A DNA stretch of 64,000 nt from Lepidodermella squamata (lineage: Eukaryota > Animalia > Gastrotricha): positions 2,666,001-2,730,000 of the forward strand of contig JBLDXI010000004.1 in the NCBI GenBank assembly GCA_047495785.1, in the 5' to 3' direction. Shown piece by piece: positions 39,001-52,534 of this stretch. Both the position numbers and the translations under genes were made by a program. The notes beneath the pieces were generated by a model that saw nothing but the letters and a program-made list of their open reading frames with translations, ran no database searches and was not told the origin of the DNA. How positions within the stretch are numbered: position 1 is the first letter of the stretch; every line of letters starts with the position of its first letter.

Positions 39001-40556
39001 TACATTTCTGCCACTTCTGCCACTGCCGAGTAGTATTTTTGCCGAGTTGTCGTTTTCGATCGAATAAAAATTATTGTCGAATTGACACTTGCTGAATTGT
39101 CGCTGCCGAATTTCCCAGTTGTCGTTGCTCAATTGTCATACAGCGGACTCAATCTTCGGGGCCATTTCACTCTAAACCCTTTCACGACCGTAAAGAGGAT
39201 TTAGGAATTCGGACTTCGCCTGACCCGTTATTCAAAGAAGGGGTGCTCTTATCAAGGTCTCGTACATTTAAAAAGCTAAAAACGGCACGATTTGAGGCGC
39301 TAATTCTTTTGGATCGTAAACAGCCCTACCTATATGAAAGAGCTTCAGGGAGAACAGGGAGAGGACTTTTATTCAAATGCTTTTCACCCAAAATTATTGT
39401 CTGGTTTCGCCACTGTCGATAAAATTAAGGATTGATGAATCAGAATTCAACCGATAGCTTGCTAGCCGAAACTCGTATTCGAATTCAGTTTTCAAATCCT
39501 GTATCGGCCTGGGCGCCTAGTCCTCAAAATTGCAGTGCGCTGGAAATTCGATATTCCCGAATACCTAAAAGTAAATTGGTAATCTATGAATCATCGAAAA
39601 ATCATCAAAATCAAAGCGACAGTAATCGGCCGACCAATCATTTATAGCCTAGGCCCATTCTTGCTCCGACGATGGAGTCCCTTAGCTTTCAAATACTATC
39701 GTTAAGATGAGCCGTACTCACTCTTCGCTGAAAGATGAAACAGATTTCGCACAAATTATCGAAAATCATATTTTTGGCCGTAAGTGTATGTCGAGTCATT
39801 TTTCGGTTTATTCATTTTCCCGAAAATATTTGAAATGCCCTTTCACTTGTGTTTCCGTTGCAAATCACAGTTGCCTATTGAGAAATTCGAGGTGCCGAAG
39901 ACAAAAGCCGGGCTGAGTCCGAGCGAGGCGCAATCTATGTACGACACATTCATGGCCAAGTATCACAGAAGCAAACCAGCGGCAACCGACGAAGGCGAAA
40001 GCGTGCCCAATCTCAACGCAGCATCGTCTAGAGCCTGGCGGCTGCCCTTGGCTATTAATTTCAAGGAGGATCGTGTTCAATGTGAGTTGATCCGCTGTTG
40101 CTGCGTTAAAAGATTCTAACTGTAAATTGACAGCCGCTGAATTTAAACCTAAGTTCATCGCTGCTCTCGACCTTTACAAGCAACACACGTGCTTCGATTA
40201 CAACCTAACAAACGAAAGGATTGATCTAGAGGTTAATGAAGACGTGTAAGTCGGCTATGATGCACAATCATTTAGTGATTTTGCTCTTTTCCAGCTACGC
40301 TTACACGCCAGGCCCCGCCGCAGGAAATTCTCAAGCATATGCATACATAGATGTACCGATTACAGTGAGTACCATCGACATTCTTTGTCATTAGAAATCA
40401 GCCGTTGCTCCCAAGCTTTAAAAATTGTAACAAGAGAGGTGAGCAAGGTGATTTATGAATTTATGAAAAATTATACCTCCTCTATTTTCAACTGATTAAA
40501 GGAAAGTTAAAACGTGTATTGCTGACGTTGATCAGGATAATTTCATTTCACGTGTT

Positions 40557-41008
40557 ATATATGTCGTATCGTATAAGGCAATCCCTCCAATTGCCGATAG
40601 AGATATCTCAATGAGCAATCCGATTTTACTTTTTGCCTGTTGTTTTCATCAGCCTTCAGGTTATTGAATTATAATCTATCACATATTAAAGTGCCCGAAT
40701 AGCTCTATCGATTGGTCAGCTAATATATTAATAAAGAGTTTAAATGGACCGAGAAGGCCAGAGGACAGTTACAGTGAAAATACGCTAGCTTTTTAAAAAC
40801 TCATAAAACACGCAGTTACGGAACAAGTTATTAGGGAAAATGGGCTCTGCTAGATAGGCGAAGGGCTATTCTGCTATCTTGCTTGGTTTCCAAATTAAAA
40901 AACCTGATTAAAATAACTGAAAATGACGTTGGGAACAATTCGGATTGCTCTTTGAGATATCTCAATCGGCTATTGGAAGAAATTGCCTTATACGATACGA
41001 CATATATA
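40557..41008. mobile_element. MITE with ~70 bp imperfect TIRs
   Basis: TATATATGTCGTATCGTATAAGGCAAT ... ATTGCCTTATACGATACGACATATATA. Confidence 0.8.
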
Positions 41009-41506
41009 GGATACGGGTTGATTTGCTCGTCCGTTGATTCCCTCCTTTGTTGGCTTAATTAAGTTCCGTTAGGAAAACCTTGTTTTGTCAGCAACGACAC
41101 CTTCTAGAAGCTAAGTTATTAGCTAATTTAATTCAGAGTTAATGGGCGAATGAAGCTTATTTTACTAAAATGAAAGGCTAATATACATATTTTGATAGTC
41201 GCTTCTTGGCATCAGCGCTTGCGGCCAACATTTTAACAAAACAGAAGTGCAATTTTGCATTAAACTTGAAAGAAATTTCAATATTCCACATATTTCAAAT
41301 GCTACGGCGAGAAAAATGGTGAATTCGGAAGCTCAGATATCCGAGGTCGTTGGAAGTATTAGGAAGTTGTGGTCTTCAGTCGCAAGGCTTTTAAAGTACA
41401 ATTCAACTGAGCATTTCAAAATCGAAAATGCATATATTACCAGAGCAAGACTGACGCTGAAAGGCAAAGTCTTACCGAAACGTAACCTGAGATATGATTT
41501 AATGCT

Positions 41507-41989
41507 CGTTAGCGTTTCGGTATAACTCTCCATTTGACGGTAACTCCATCTCGTCATTGTTCTCTAGTTGCGGTAAATAGTTTACCGTAAACAGCACTAC
41601 ACTGCGACACTAAGTCGTAAAATACTCGCGTGCGGTAAAATTAATTTCTCTGCGGTAATTTCAGCTCATATTATCTTGTAGGAACAGTAGGAATTACAAG
41701 CATATTATGGGGGAATAGAAATGGAGTTGGAACTGCGCTCAGGTTATATGATGGTGTGCGCGCGCAGCTTAGAATACAGCGTGTTACGCAACCGCTGTAG
41801 CGCATTGCTGCGAGCCGCAAGCCACAAGCTTGGGCCGCAAGTGCTTCTGCGGTAAAAATAACACCGCGTGCGGTAAAAATTAACTTACACGGCGCCGTTA
41901 GTTTTACTGCACGAGCATTAAGTAACCTGGTTTGCGTACTGCGGTAAAATACTTACCGTCAAATGGAGACTTATACCGAAACGCTAACG
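41507..41989. mobile_element. MITE with ~35 bp TIRs and GCGGTAAAA subterminal repeats
   Basis: CGTTAGCGTTTCGGTATAA.TCTCCATTTGACGGTAA and its reverse complement; possible 4-bp TSD TGCT. Confidence 0.8.
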
Positions 41990-44607
41990 TGCTGAATAAA
42001 TCTGAGAATGGCGATTTTCATTAGCCCAGTGGCTATCGGAACAATTTATTCATTATTTTGATAGGCAATTCATCGCATTTTGGCCTTTGCCATCGGCGTG
42101 GTAAGTCAAGCTCCATTCCTTTATTCGCTCATAAATTTGGACATTACAGGAAGAGGAGTTCACTCGCCCTGATCGGGACACGTACTTGACCGTGACAGCA
42201 GAATAGTAAATATTGTTTGCTTATTTGTTTGCTTACTCATTTTTATTTGTATTATAGCAATTGGATAAAGAAAATTATTCCAGCCGAGAAGTTCGAAGGT
42301 TATGGTGTACCTTTCGACTACGCGTCCGCAACAATGATACATCCGCTCGTAAACGGAGGCGACGTTGAACCGAAGGACTGGCGCTATGTTGGTGCCATGA
42401 ATCCCCCGCTGCCATCTTTCAACAACTTCAAAATTATTAACATGTTTTACGACTGCCTAGGTGAGATTAATCGAGCTTTTACGTGTCACGTTTCACAGCA
42501 CAATCTTTCCAGCTAACTGCAGTGGGCCTGCTCCGAACTGCACCCATGGCGGCTACCGGGATCCCAAGAATTGCGCCATCTGCAAATGCCCGCCCGGTTT
42601 CGGCGGCCCCTTCTGCGACGATTTGCCTGTATTTCCTGGTGAAACTTGCGGCGGTGTGATCTACCTGGAGCCTGGAGTCTCGCAATTCATCGAATCTCCT
42701 AATTATCCTAACAGTTACCCGATCGGCAGTACGTGTTCATGGCGAGTCATCAGCAGCCAGGTGACACCTTGTTGCCTACTTGAACCTTAAATTTTCAACC
42801 GAATTACAGCCTGGCATAGTGTTTGGTTTTGACGGCAAACCCGATCTCACCGTTGGAGTGGGTAAGCACCGATAAAACTAATACTTATTGTTGAAAGTGA
42901 AGTTCTTTAATTCGGGTCATTGATTGGAAAGATTCGCATGCTGATGGGCTAACAGCTGGCCAATCGGAGTGTATAATCTTTTCATAAACCCAAAAACACT
43001 AAAATAATTTACCGTTTTTTTAAAAGATTAAAATTATTCTGATTCTGCTATAACGCAGTAAATGATGGTTACACAAGAAGCACCGAAAGCTGTTTCGATT
43101 ACGTCGAATTTCGCAACCCCGTCGATGGTACTCAGCCTTACTTGGTACAATGCTACGGTGGAGGAGTCATGCGATATCCCTATAACACCGTCTCCTGGTA
43201 ATGATTTCTTATTCAAGGCTCTCATCTTTAAATCTGCACGAATGTACCATATCAGTTCAACCTCCTCCGGCTAAGGCATTTGGTCGATGCGTGGCGAGTT
43301 CGACGAACGAATATCAGGGCTGCAAAGCTAAGTGCTCCACTAGCGAATACTCGCTGAAAGGCAGCAAAACCTACACTCCTACGCGTTCATGCGAAATCGG
43401 GGTTAGAATTATTTACATTTGAAAATTCTAAAAAAATTGATTGCTGTCACAGTCGGCTAAAAAATGCGAGAAGGTTGTGCGAGGAGTTACCACCTACCGA
43501 TGCATTGGGAATGATATGAGTTGCGACAAAGCAGCTGGAGAGCGACAGGTTTAAACAGTTTTCTCCTGTTTTCGAAATTATTTTTCCATTTCCTCAAGTT
43601 GCAAGAATACAATGGCTATCGTTATTTCTCAAGAAATTTTCTGTCATGTCAACACTCCGACGGCATGGTTTGTTTCTATTTGATTCTCCGACATTGTGTT
43701 TCACTAATTTTCCGCAAATTAGACTTACGTCCGCTGCTTCAACATTCGAACGAAAGCATTCGCGGAATGCCGTAGAAAGGCTCTTGGCTGCCACCAGGAT
43801 GAAGTGAGTTTAAATCGTACTTCTCAAATCATTTTTACCGTCATTTTTCTAATACCCCAGTTCGCCCTTCCCTCAACAAACCAAGATCCCATCAGATCAC
43901 CAGGCCAGTGCTATGGTGGTCTTACAGTCTAATAGCCACATAAAGCCACACTTCTGGACTTGATTCGATGGCAACAGTTATCTTTATTGTAAAATGTTCA
44001 GCCATCACGTGATACCACGTTGATATTTAATATTGCCGGCCTTCCATGTTTAAAGCAGGCTTTTAGTTTTTCTTTTGAAAATGTTGATCGCTTAATAAAG
44101 TTATCATCGTTTCTGGCTTCCAAAGCTGCATGTGGAAACAAGCTAAACAGCTAGATTGCGTCAGGATAACAACAGTTACCATATTAGGTAGCGGGTTGAC
44201 GTTCCGCGTTGTTATCAGTTCCGCTTAGATGAACTACGCCGCGGTTTACTTGCATGTGAACAAATCCCTTGGCGATGGACGCTGAAAATGAATTTTTTTT
44301 TATTTGAAATAAGTATGCGCAAAACGTTTTGCCTCGCATACTAATGTGTTTACCCAATAAGCTTTTAGAATGGGTCAATTTTCAGACTTATTATCGTGCG
44401 ATAAGAAATCACATACAGTCAAAAGCATACAGACAATGTTATTTGGGACTCACGTGATGTTATATAGATCAAACTAATACCTTTTTCCAGACTTTGTTTA
44501 ACGAAAAGGGCAGAGCCAAAATAATTTCTCAGGACATCGGTGCAATATATTCAGCCTGAAAATGGAACTCTTTCATTCCACGTATCCAATTAAATATTTC
44601 CACAATC

Positions 44608-44930
44608 ATGAAGGTCATTGCCGTATTGGCAGCTGTTCTAGCCGTTGCATTTGCGAATCTTAAGCTGGAAGGTACGCCATTTTTCTAATCAATAATCGAC
44701 ATTGCAACTCTTTTATAACGGCAGACGTAGTCTGTCCGGATGGCTTCACTGGCATTTTCGACAATAAGGCGTTTTGCTGCAATGGAAACGCCAATCCCCT
44801 TAATCAGGGACTGGAATGCTGCGGCAATGCTGCTCACGATCCTTCCATTCAGAAGTGCTGCGATAATGCTATTCTGGCTGCTCTCGGGGACAACAAAGAT
44901 AGTTTTAATGAAATAAACTGGAATATTTGA
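44608..44930 (+). CDS. Small secreted di-cysteine (galaxin-like repeat) protein, two exons; missed by the ORF track
   Basis: MKVIAVLAAVLAVAFA signal peptide, ~53 nt GT-AG intron, then AFCCNGNANPLNQGLECCGNAAHDPSIQKCCDN. Confidence 0.7.
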
Positions 44931-46530
44931 GAGTTTTTCTTCGGGGTTAATTTTTCAAAGCCTAATGGAATTTAACTCGAAATAGACTTCCGCCTGATCG
45001 AGGCTGGCAATATCGTAATTGGTAATTGGTATTGGTATCTCCATAGCTTTCGAGGGCCCCTTGGCACTTTTTTCGGGGGCCCTTACCACCGTGAGTAAAC
45101 ACACTTTTCGTACTTGTACTACCGATAGCGTACCGAGAAAACACAAGGTAGCTATGGAATCCCGAGAAGTTAGACTAAGTTCTCCTAAAATCTTGTTATT
45201 TCTCGGCCGGTCGAACTGGGAGTACCTTTCTCCCAGTCTCCCCGCTACTTCGCGCACTGCGTCCATTTAAGAGCTCACCAATAAGATGTCCGTTACATAC
45301 GATTAACGATTAAATCCGCGATAAATCTCTGGCTATATGGACAAGCTGGGATCAAGGATACCCGAAAAATTTATGGTAGCGAAAAGCTTCATGAGCAATT
45401 AAGTCGAAATATCACTCCATAGTACTCTAAAGTCCATCTCGCTCGGGGTTTCAGATCAGGGGGAAATTTCATTTCTCTATGCCTGGCTATAGAATAATGC
45501 TATTCCTACATGCGCACGACACTTTTAGTCTCCCTAAAAGGGTGCAATGGGTACATAGGGGTGATTTCAGCATAGTCATTTCGAGAAAATAAAACATCCA
45601 ACTTGAACTTTCACGAAAACAATTCTGCCTTTGAAAAGACAAATACTTTTCATTCGGCGATTTTTGTCTTGTGTGCACCTTGATGTTTAGGCGCACATTT
45701 GTTCCGATAGGAACGAAAGTTCCCACCCCATTGCCATTTTCCGCGCCCTTTCCCCTTTCTTTCATTACTTAAATGGAAGACCCCCCCAATTCCAAAAGGG
45801 CAGGGTTTTTCATCCGATTTCCTTGCAAGTTATATCAATCGATAGCCCTTGACGAGAAAAGCTTATAAAAGATTTTCCAGCTGTTTTCGCCGGACCATTT
45901 TGGAGAAATTGGCAAAAAACTGCATTTTTTCTACTTTTCTGGGGACATGACCCAATTTAAACTAGGTCAACGCGTTGCTATTTTTAGCTGCGCAATCACT
46001 AATATATGGCCAGTACTGCGCGCATCACTAATAATAGAGATATACTGATCGCGTTTTGGCCTTGGCCACTGTTACTCGGGCTTTCATACAATTTGGCCTC
46101 CCTCCTCGGGGAGGGAGGCTTTCGATATATAATTGCTTACTTCCATTTCCTTAAAGATGTAAATTCGCGCAACAAAGGCTTAATTGAGATTTGATTGAGG
46201 AAAATTTAACGATGGATTATTATCGACATATAATCAATGATTATAATCATTCCATCGACATAATTGCTACAGTTGTTTGGTTTATTATGTTGTGGATGAA
46301 GCTTATTACCTGCTCTGATTTGGACATTTCATACTGCATTCGATAACAGGCGACCGCTTTATATTGCTCTATATGATACTACCAGAAGAAAGTTTATCTG
46401 GAAACGTGGCGAATTCCTTGGTTTTTTTATTGGCAGAATCCGCTGGTTACGGGGTCTTGCCGTTTTTCCGTCTGTCCTCATGTCGGAGAAAAAGGTCGAA
46501 AGGTGTGATATCTGATACCCGAATTCAGAC

Positions 46531-46946
46531 CAGAGATGAGAATGGGTCAAAGAAATCGACCCAGGACCAGAGGAGACCCATGCCGGGAGGACCCAGGACT
46601 CAACTTTTATAGCCCAAGTGACTCATAAATCTAAATTTCGTAATTTTGAAGCGGATGACTCATGACGTTGTTTTTATGCATATCACGCTTTATTCTCATC
46701 GGCAATCGTCAAAAATCGTCAAAAATTCACTTTTACATGTCTTCTAGCTCAGAAAACACTTGTCAAACTAAATCAAAAGTGGACACTTTTCATGGCTTGA
46801 AACAACAAAACTTGCGCCTGCAAAATTTCGGGCTCTCTCTGTCAGGCGTGGGTGATTGAAAGCGACCCAGGACCCAGGGCAATTTGTGGAAAAAGGTGAC
46901 CCAAATTACCCATTGACTCATTTAACCCGACCCATTCTCATCTCTG
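46531..46946. mobile_element. hAT-like MITE
   Basis: 18-bp TIR CAGAGATGAGAATGGGTC; 8-bp TSD ATTCAGAC/GTTCAGAC; GACCCAGGACC subterminal repeats. Confidence 0.85.
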
Positions 46947-48852
46947 GTTCAGACTACTTGCCACCAGGAGAATGGGATGAACAGTAGGCTAATGACAAAG
47001 CTCATATGGAATGTTGATGGCCAGTGAAAGTAAAATTGATAAAGATGAGCCTGCCGGAAATGTTTTTGAAAACCATTAGTTCTGGAGCAATCTTCGAAGG
47101 CTTGCGCGAGCTGATGAATATTAATGTAAATTACATCATGTTAAGGTGTCGTTTTCTATGTGTATAGAATACCGTACTGCCCGTAAAAAATGTCAGCCTC
47201 GAACAAATGGCAGCCTCAAATAAATGTCAGATGTCAGAGGTTAGAGGTCGTTCGAAAAATTAATTTCAGGCCCGAAATAAATGTCAGGTCAATCGCGGGT
47301 ACAATACTGAAGATCACTAGAGGTCAGGGACCAATTTTTTGGCTGGAAATACGTAGAATCTCCGGGAAATGTATGCCATTTTGGTTACATATGCAGTTAC
47401 TTATTGGTTCGGATAACTATGTCATTCCCTTTTCCCTTTTTCCTTTTGAATTTTGAATAGAATTGTCCTAAAAAATATAGGTCGAGTAGCTTGGCCAATT
47501 CGATATTTTACGGTATAACATTCGTAAATCGTTTATATCTGAACTCGCCGCACTCGATTTACTCATCTCAACTCGCCTCCGGCTCGTTTCGATTCGTAAA
47601 TCTCGGTCGGTCGGTTATAGGTTTTACCATACAAATGCCAGGGGTTCATCAACGTTTGAATAAATATAAGTGCCATGGTTTTTATCCCTGGCAGTACAGT
47701 AAGTGCAAAATAAAACGATAACATGTTGGCCATAGAGAAAAAGTGACCAGAGTAAGCACTCAAGCTACAATTTTGATCTGCATTATTAAATCGAGTGCTT
47801 CTTAAAACGGATATCTCCGTTGCACACCAAATTTTGCATGCATATAGAACGCGAGCTGCTCTTTCACGTGGTATAAGATTTGAGGTGGGCAATTGCTGCT
47901 CAGTCTTTATGCGAATTCGGTGGTTCTAAGTTATATTGTATATACTCTAAGTTATGAGTATATACATCAGTCACTTTAAATACTCTATTTAACTTTAACT
48001 CGTCAGTCCCCATCCATCACCCATATAATCACAGAATCAACTCCTAATGTCAGGATTGATGATTCGCTGGCTGCAATTGATTAAACATGCGGTTTATTGG
48101 AGGGTGGGGCTCAGGCCCTTCCTTATTAAGGGAGGGCGTTTTGGGAGAGTTGGTTTAACCTCTAAATTCGATTATCCCTCATCATTTACCTTTTTACATT
48201 GAGCTAGCACTTTACTAGCACAAAAAGCTGGATTTTTGGTCAACCGTCATTCGCCGTCAAAATCTTCATGCTCTCCGGCTGGCCGAAGCATGAAGCATCA
48301 GTGGTCACGACTCATGAAACAGAGCGCCCATTCCAAGCCCCCAAGATCATCAGTTGTCTTGGTTCGACGCTGCCTCCATGAAGCCACTCAAATCGGTCGC
48401 TTGCCAGCTGGGTTCGCACAGAAATCACTGCATTATACATCGCGGCGTTTGGAAGACTGGCAATAATAGAAGCCATCTGCTCGCTGCAAAATGGTATCCA
48501 GGTCGCGACTCGCGACGGAAATTAACCATAAATTCGGGTGAATTTTGCCGGTCGAAGACTCGCCGAGAAGCCAGTCATTGTCGCCTCTAACGTTGCTAAG
48601 GCTAATCACTGAATTTCGGTTGCTGGTTGCTGTTCAAAATCGCGAATTCGGAGGGAAAACCAGTTCGGCATCGCGACGGTTACTATCAAGACATTTCGAC
48701 GACCTCGTTTTTCGCCTCATTTTGTCAAATTTATGTTTTTGCACGTGAAATTGCTTTCAAGTAAAATTGAGTTTTTCGCTGTTTTTGTGACTTTGCTACG
48801 ATTCTCGAGAAAATGCGTTTTATGAAAGTTTCGAGGCAAATTCTGAGCAAAA

Positions 48853-48941
48853 TGCTGCCCACATTTGTGGCATTTTCATGCCACAGAGAAATTATTGGTT
48901 GCCATCATTATATCATGAAAATGCTACAAATGTGGGCAGTA
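48853..48941. repeat. Short palindromic MITE-like element
   Basis: CTGCCCACATTTGTGGCATTTTCATG ... CATGAAAATGCTACAAATGTGGGCAG. Confidence 0.7.
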
Positions 48942-49549
48942 CGCGCTGTACCCACTATCCCCCATCTTGGAATTTCGATTTTTTTATTTTGAAAAGATAT
49001 CGATTTCAAAGGCCGATTCAACCAATAGGTTAATTTTCTAAATGTTCATAAAATAGTTCAGCTAGCAGATAATTTTGCAGCTATCAGCTATTCAGCTATC
49101 AGAATCAATAAGAAAATTCCCGGCACCAATTTTGGTCGATTGTCTACAGAATCTTGAAAATGACGATTTTTTGAAGAAATTGCGAATTTTGGCTTATTTA
49201 TTGGCAGATAGCTCGTCCAATAAGAATCAGAAAACTCGGGAATAAATTCCACTGAAGTGTCACAGGCGGCCTCTATTTAATGAGACCTATCTCGAAATTT
49301 CAGAATCACACAGGCCAGACTGAGTTTGACGCTGTCGACACTATAACCATTTCATCTGCGGCAAGTGTTACCTACAACAACTCAACTATCGCCGACTTAG
49401 TTCCAAGAAATTCTTCCACGCCTAACAATTCATTCATTGTGCCTGATTCTTCGTTACCCGCAATAGCAAGCGTGGCTATACCTAGCCAGCTTCCTGTGGC
49501 ACCATCCGCACCTCCGTTACCTGCCGGCCACTTCTACGACTGGCAACAG

Positions 49550-49961
49550 TTCTTATGACAAATAGGAACCGAGGATTTGTACATGCGGGTCTTCAAATAT
49601 CTACGGGACCAGATGGAACGGCTGTGCCCGATTTTAGTGACTCAAGTCACCTGCGATTTCGAATCAGCGTTGCTCAATAGCCTTCGAGCTGTTTTTTTCG
49701 TCACGATAATTAGTTGCTTGTTCCACTTCTGCCAAGCTAAAACAGGTGGTGAAGTCCCCCCGGTTCTTTAGAGACGTCGAGCCCGGTTCTTTGGTGCGCA
49801 AAGCTGTCCGAAGGTGTATGGCCCTGCCTTTGCTGCCCATCAATAACGTTCGAGCTGCCTTTGCCAACGTGCGCGAAGAAGCACCACAGCATGTTGAGCT
49901 CAATCAGTTCTTGCATGGGTTTCAGGACATTTTTGGACGCTGCTTCACATCTACTTTCTGA
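49550..49961 (+). pseudogene. Degenerate MULE (Mutator) transposase fragment
   Basis: VTCDFESALLNSLRAVF...CLFHFCQA, then after a frameshift RRCMALPLLP: MULE DDE-domain motifs. Confidence 0.8.
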
Positions 49962-50349
49962 GTTTGAAGGAAAAGAAACCGCCTGTTGATCGTCTTGACC
50001 TCGATAACGAAGAAGGCGTGCCACTTGACCTGGTTACGCCGACATCGCTGTCCGTTTCGTCCGTTTCGTTTCGTCCTCCCGATCCGCGAAGCTGACGAGC
50101 AACTACGCCTCTCTGCTAACCCGGTGCCCGTTCCCCACTGGCCCTGATCGCCAGCAGGCTTCCTTGGGGTCCTCTGCCCACCTTAGGTGTTTGATCTTTC
50201 CGTGTCTCTTCCGTCTTTCTATAGTCCTGGTTCCTCTTTTCTTTTCTTTTTTCTTTCTTCCAGCTGCACTCCTCTGTCTCTGATTAACCTACTCTGTGCA
50301 CTGCCGCAGTGCCCTTCTCTCCTTCTCTTCATGTTGGCCGATGCGCAAT

Positions 50350-50815
50350 CTACTCAAAACATGTTCCTCTTCTGACAACTGAAACTTTGACTTTCATCAG
50401 TTTTTCGCGTACAGCTCGAAAACTCAGCTGAAAACCCAGTGTTACCCAGGTGCAATACCTGAAGAAGTTCTTCTGCTCAGTGCATTTATTAGCACATTGT
50501 GAAAATCCTTTGAAGCCCGGATAGATACGCTTGCTTGAACCGTCACAGTAGACAACATTCCTTTTAGTGTAATTATTCTGTGCCACTGAGAACGAAACAT
50601 CTACAAGGGCGTTCGCGTAATAATACTCTGAACGAGCTAAAAATGGCTACAAAAAAGCTAAAATGCATGCAAAAAATAACAGAGATAATTTCAGAAGAGT
50701 ATTATCACGCGAACGCCCTGTACATGCCGATATTTTTTTGGAAATGTTGCGGCTTACCCGTGTAGAGAGCGCGAGGATCGAGTAAAACTTTAGGTGCACT
50801 GCTAAATTTCAATGT
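50350..50815 (-). pseudogene. Probable degenerate paralog of the PAN/apple protein
   Basis: Same acceptor context (cag|TGGCA) and YCDG...SQCANKC...C pattern as 52535-52894; candidate GTAAG donor near 50757; first exon and C-terminus decayed. Confidence 0.45.
50604..50720. mobile_element. TA-flanked Tc1/mariner-like MITE
   Basis: Same family as 30998-31120. Confidence 0.8.
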
Positions 50816-50821
50816 TTAATG

Positions 50822-51419
50822 TTCCGTAGATGAAGAAAGAAATTAAAAGAATGAACTGAAGTCATGTAAGATGCTAGGCTATTACGTAGCCAGGAATTGC
50901 AGCTGCCGGTTGACGTAGGAATAATAAGCTTAAGCTTAGCCTTAGCATTAGTGTTGAGGGAATCTTATGATCTAACGTCGTTGCGCCCATTTGCAGCAAG
51001 GTTGTTTGCTATATATCTTGCCTCTATGAGTGGGAAGAAAATTCATGTAAAACTACATTAGCGGTGGCATAGGACTATGGCCAATGTCTCAATACGGGAT
51101 CGAGTTGAAAACGTAAGAAAAGCGTGCGAAGGTATAATTCATGTATAATGTTTCACCAAATGCACTGAAACGTACTACGAATTTTTCAATGCCTGGCTAC
51201 CAGCCTAGCATCCAGCATGACTTCAGTTCATTCGGTAGAACGTCATAACAGCGACTGCGCAAAACAGCGAAAAATCCTCCCTAAAATGCTATGTAACGTG
51301 CAATATCAAAGTCGCAAATTAGATATTTCGCTGTTTTGTCGTGTTCGCTGTTTCGAGTATTAGCTGTTATTGCGTTCTGACGTTCATTCTGCTTTTCATT
51401 TATTTCTTCATCTACGGAA
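50822..51419. mobile_element. Composite/nested inverted-repeat element
   Basis: Outer TTCCGTAGATGAAGAAA / TTTCTTCATCTACGGAA; inner GAATGAACTGAAGTCATG / CATGACTTCAGTTCATTC. Confidence 0.65.
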
Positions 51420-52534
51420 TGGGGCTCAAGCACCCATTGAAACAAAAACAGGAGCTCTGTTTCTGAAGCCCATCAATGCCTTTTCATCTCGAGTTTTCAT
51501 TAATTTTCATAAACATTTATTGTAAGGCAGAAGCGGAGTAGAAGACAGACTATCAATTTAGGGCAGATGAGCCCGCTTTATTTTGAAACCTTACACGCAC
51601 ACCTACGTGCTACGACTCAGTCAGTGAAAAAAATAAGCGAATGGGGAGAATAATCTTAATCGTTTCGAGCTGGTCCGCCAGAGATCGAGGTGAGAATTTT
51701 CAGCCGTCATCATCATAATTCATTACATTATACTAACCTAATTATTAATATAACGAATAACCACCATAGCCGCAGCCTTCTACCCGTGACTACCTACATG
51801 CGCGAAGAGATTGTTCAAGGCGGAATAAAGGACGATTGGTGCACTTACTGACGAAAACTCGCAACCTATCCTGCTTCAACTACTTGCCCCAGGCGCTCAT
51901 GCAAGGCCCAGATCTATTAATTGATCCTGCCTGATAATGCGTAAAAAATACGGTATTTTGTTGCGTGAATGCCCGAAAAAGTTATCAGGGTCCAGAAACA
52001 TCGATGTTTGGCCATGTTGAAAAACGCATGAATTTAAAAATTGGCGAAGCGATACTTGATCGCGATTGGGCAATTTGTAAACATCATAAATAATGAAAGC
52101 AATCTTATAGAGCGAAGAGGTCGAAATGTGCAGTGCTGCATGGTAGTTTAATTATTCAAATTTCTAATTAAAATGTATGCCTAATTTAACCTTGATCCGG
52201 TCAGAGCTCACTTGGACAATAGTTATCTTCTAAAATGGAGCCTTCCGGTGACTCATAGCTAACCGTTGTAATTATGCGCATCTTGCACTCCGACAAACCT
52301 TCATAGCAAACAAACTAGGGTGCTAAGGGGTGAAATTAATAGTGGTCATAATATATACTCATTACTTCGCCCGGCTTCTGTAGCATCGCCAAAGTTCTAA
52401 CAGCTGAACAAACTCGTTTCCACCACCCCCGGCTAAGCAGCCTATAAAACACGGCTGAGTTAGGGCGAATTTTCATTCTTTCAAGTTATCTTGTTCGCCT
52501 TTCTAAACAGATAATATTTGTTATCCGATTCGTT

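Larger units (their letters stand above)
38408..43932 (+). pseudogene. Astacin-like pseudo-peptidase copy 2, with a frameshifting ~350 nt deletion of the CUB end and kringle
   Basis: At 43143 GTQPY is joined out of frame to NATVEESC; the other exons remain open. Confidence 0.75.
35390..44180. repeat. Segmental duplication, copy 2
   Basis: Partner of 13105-21350; has its own intronic insertions at ~40435-42020 and a deletion at 43143. Confidence 0.95.

Noticed and set aside
44955-45480. Possible LINE endonuclease remnant on the minus strand
   Set aside because: Too degenerate to support without a search.
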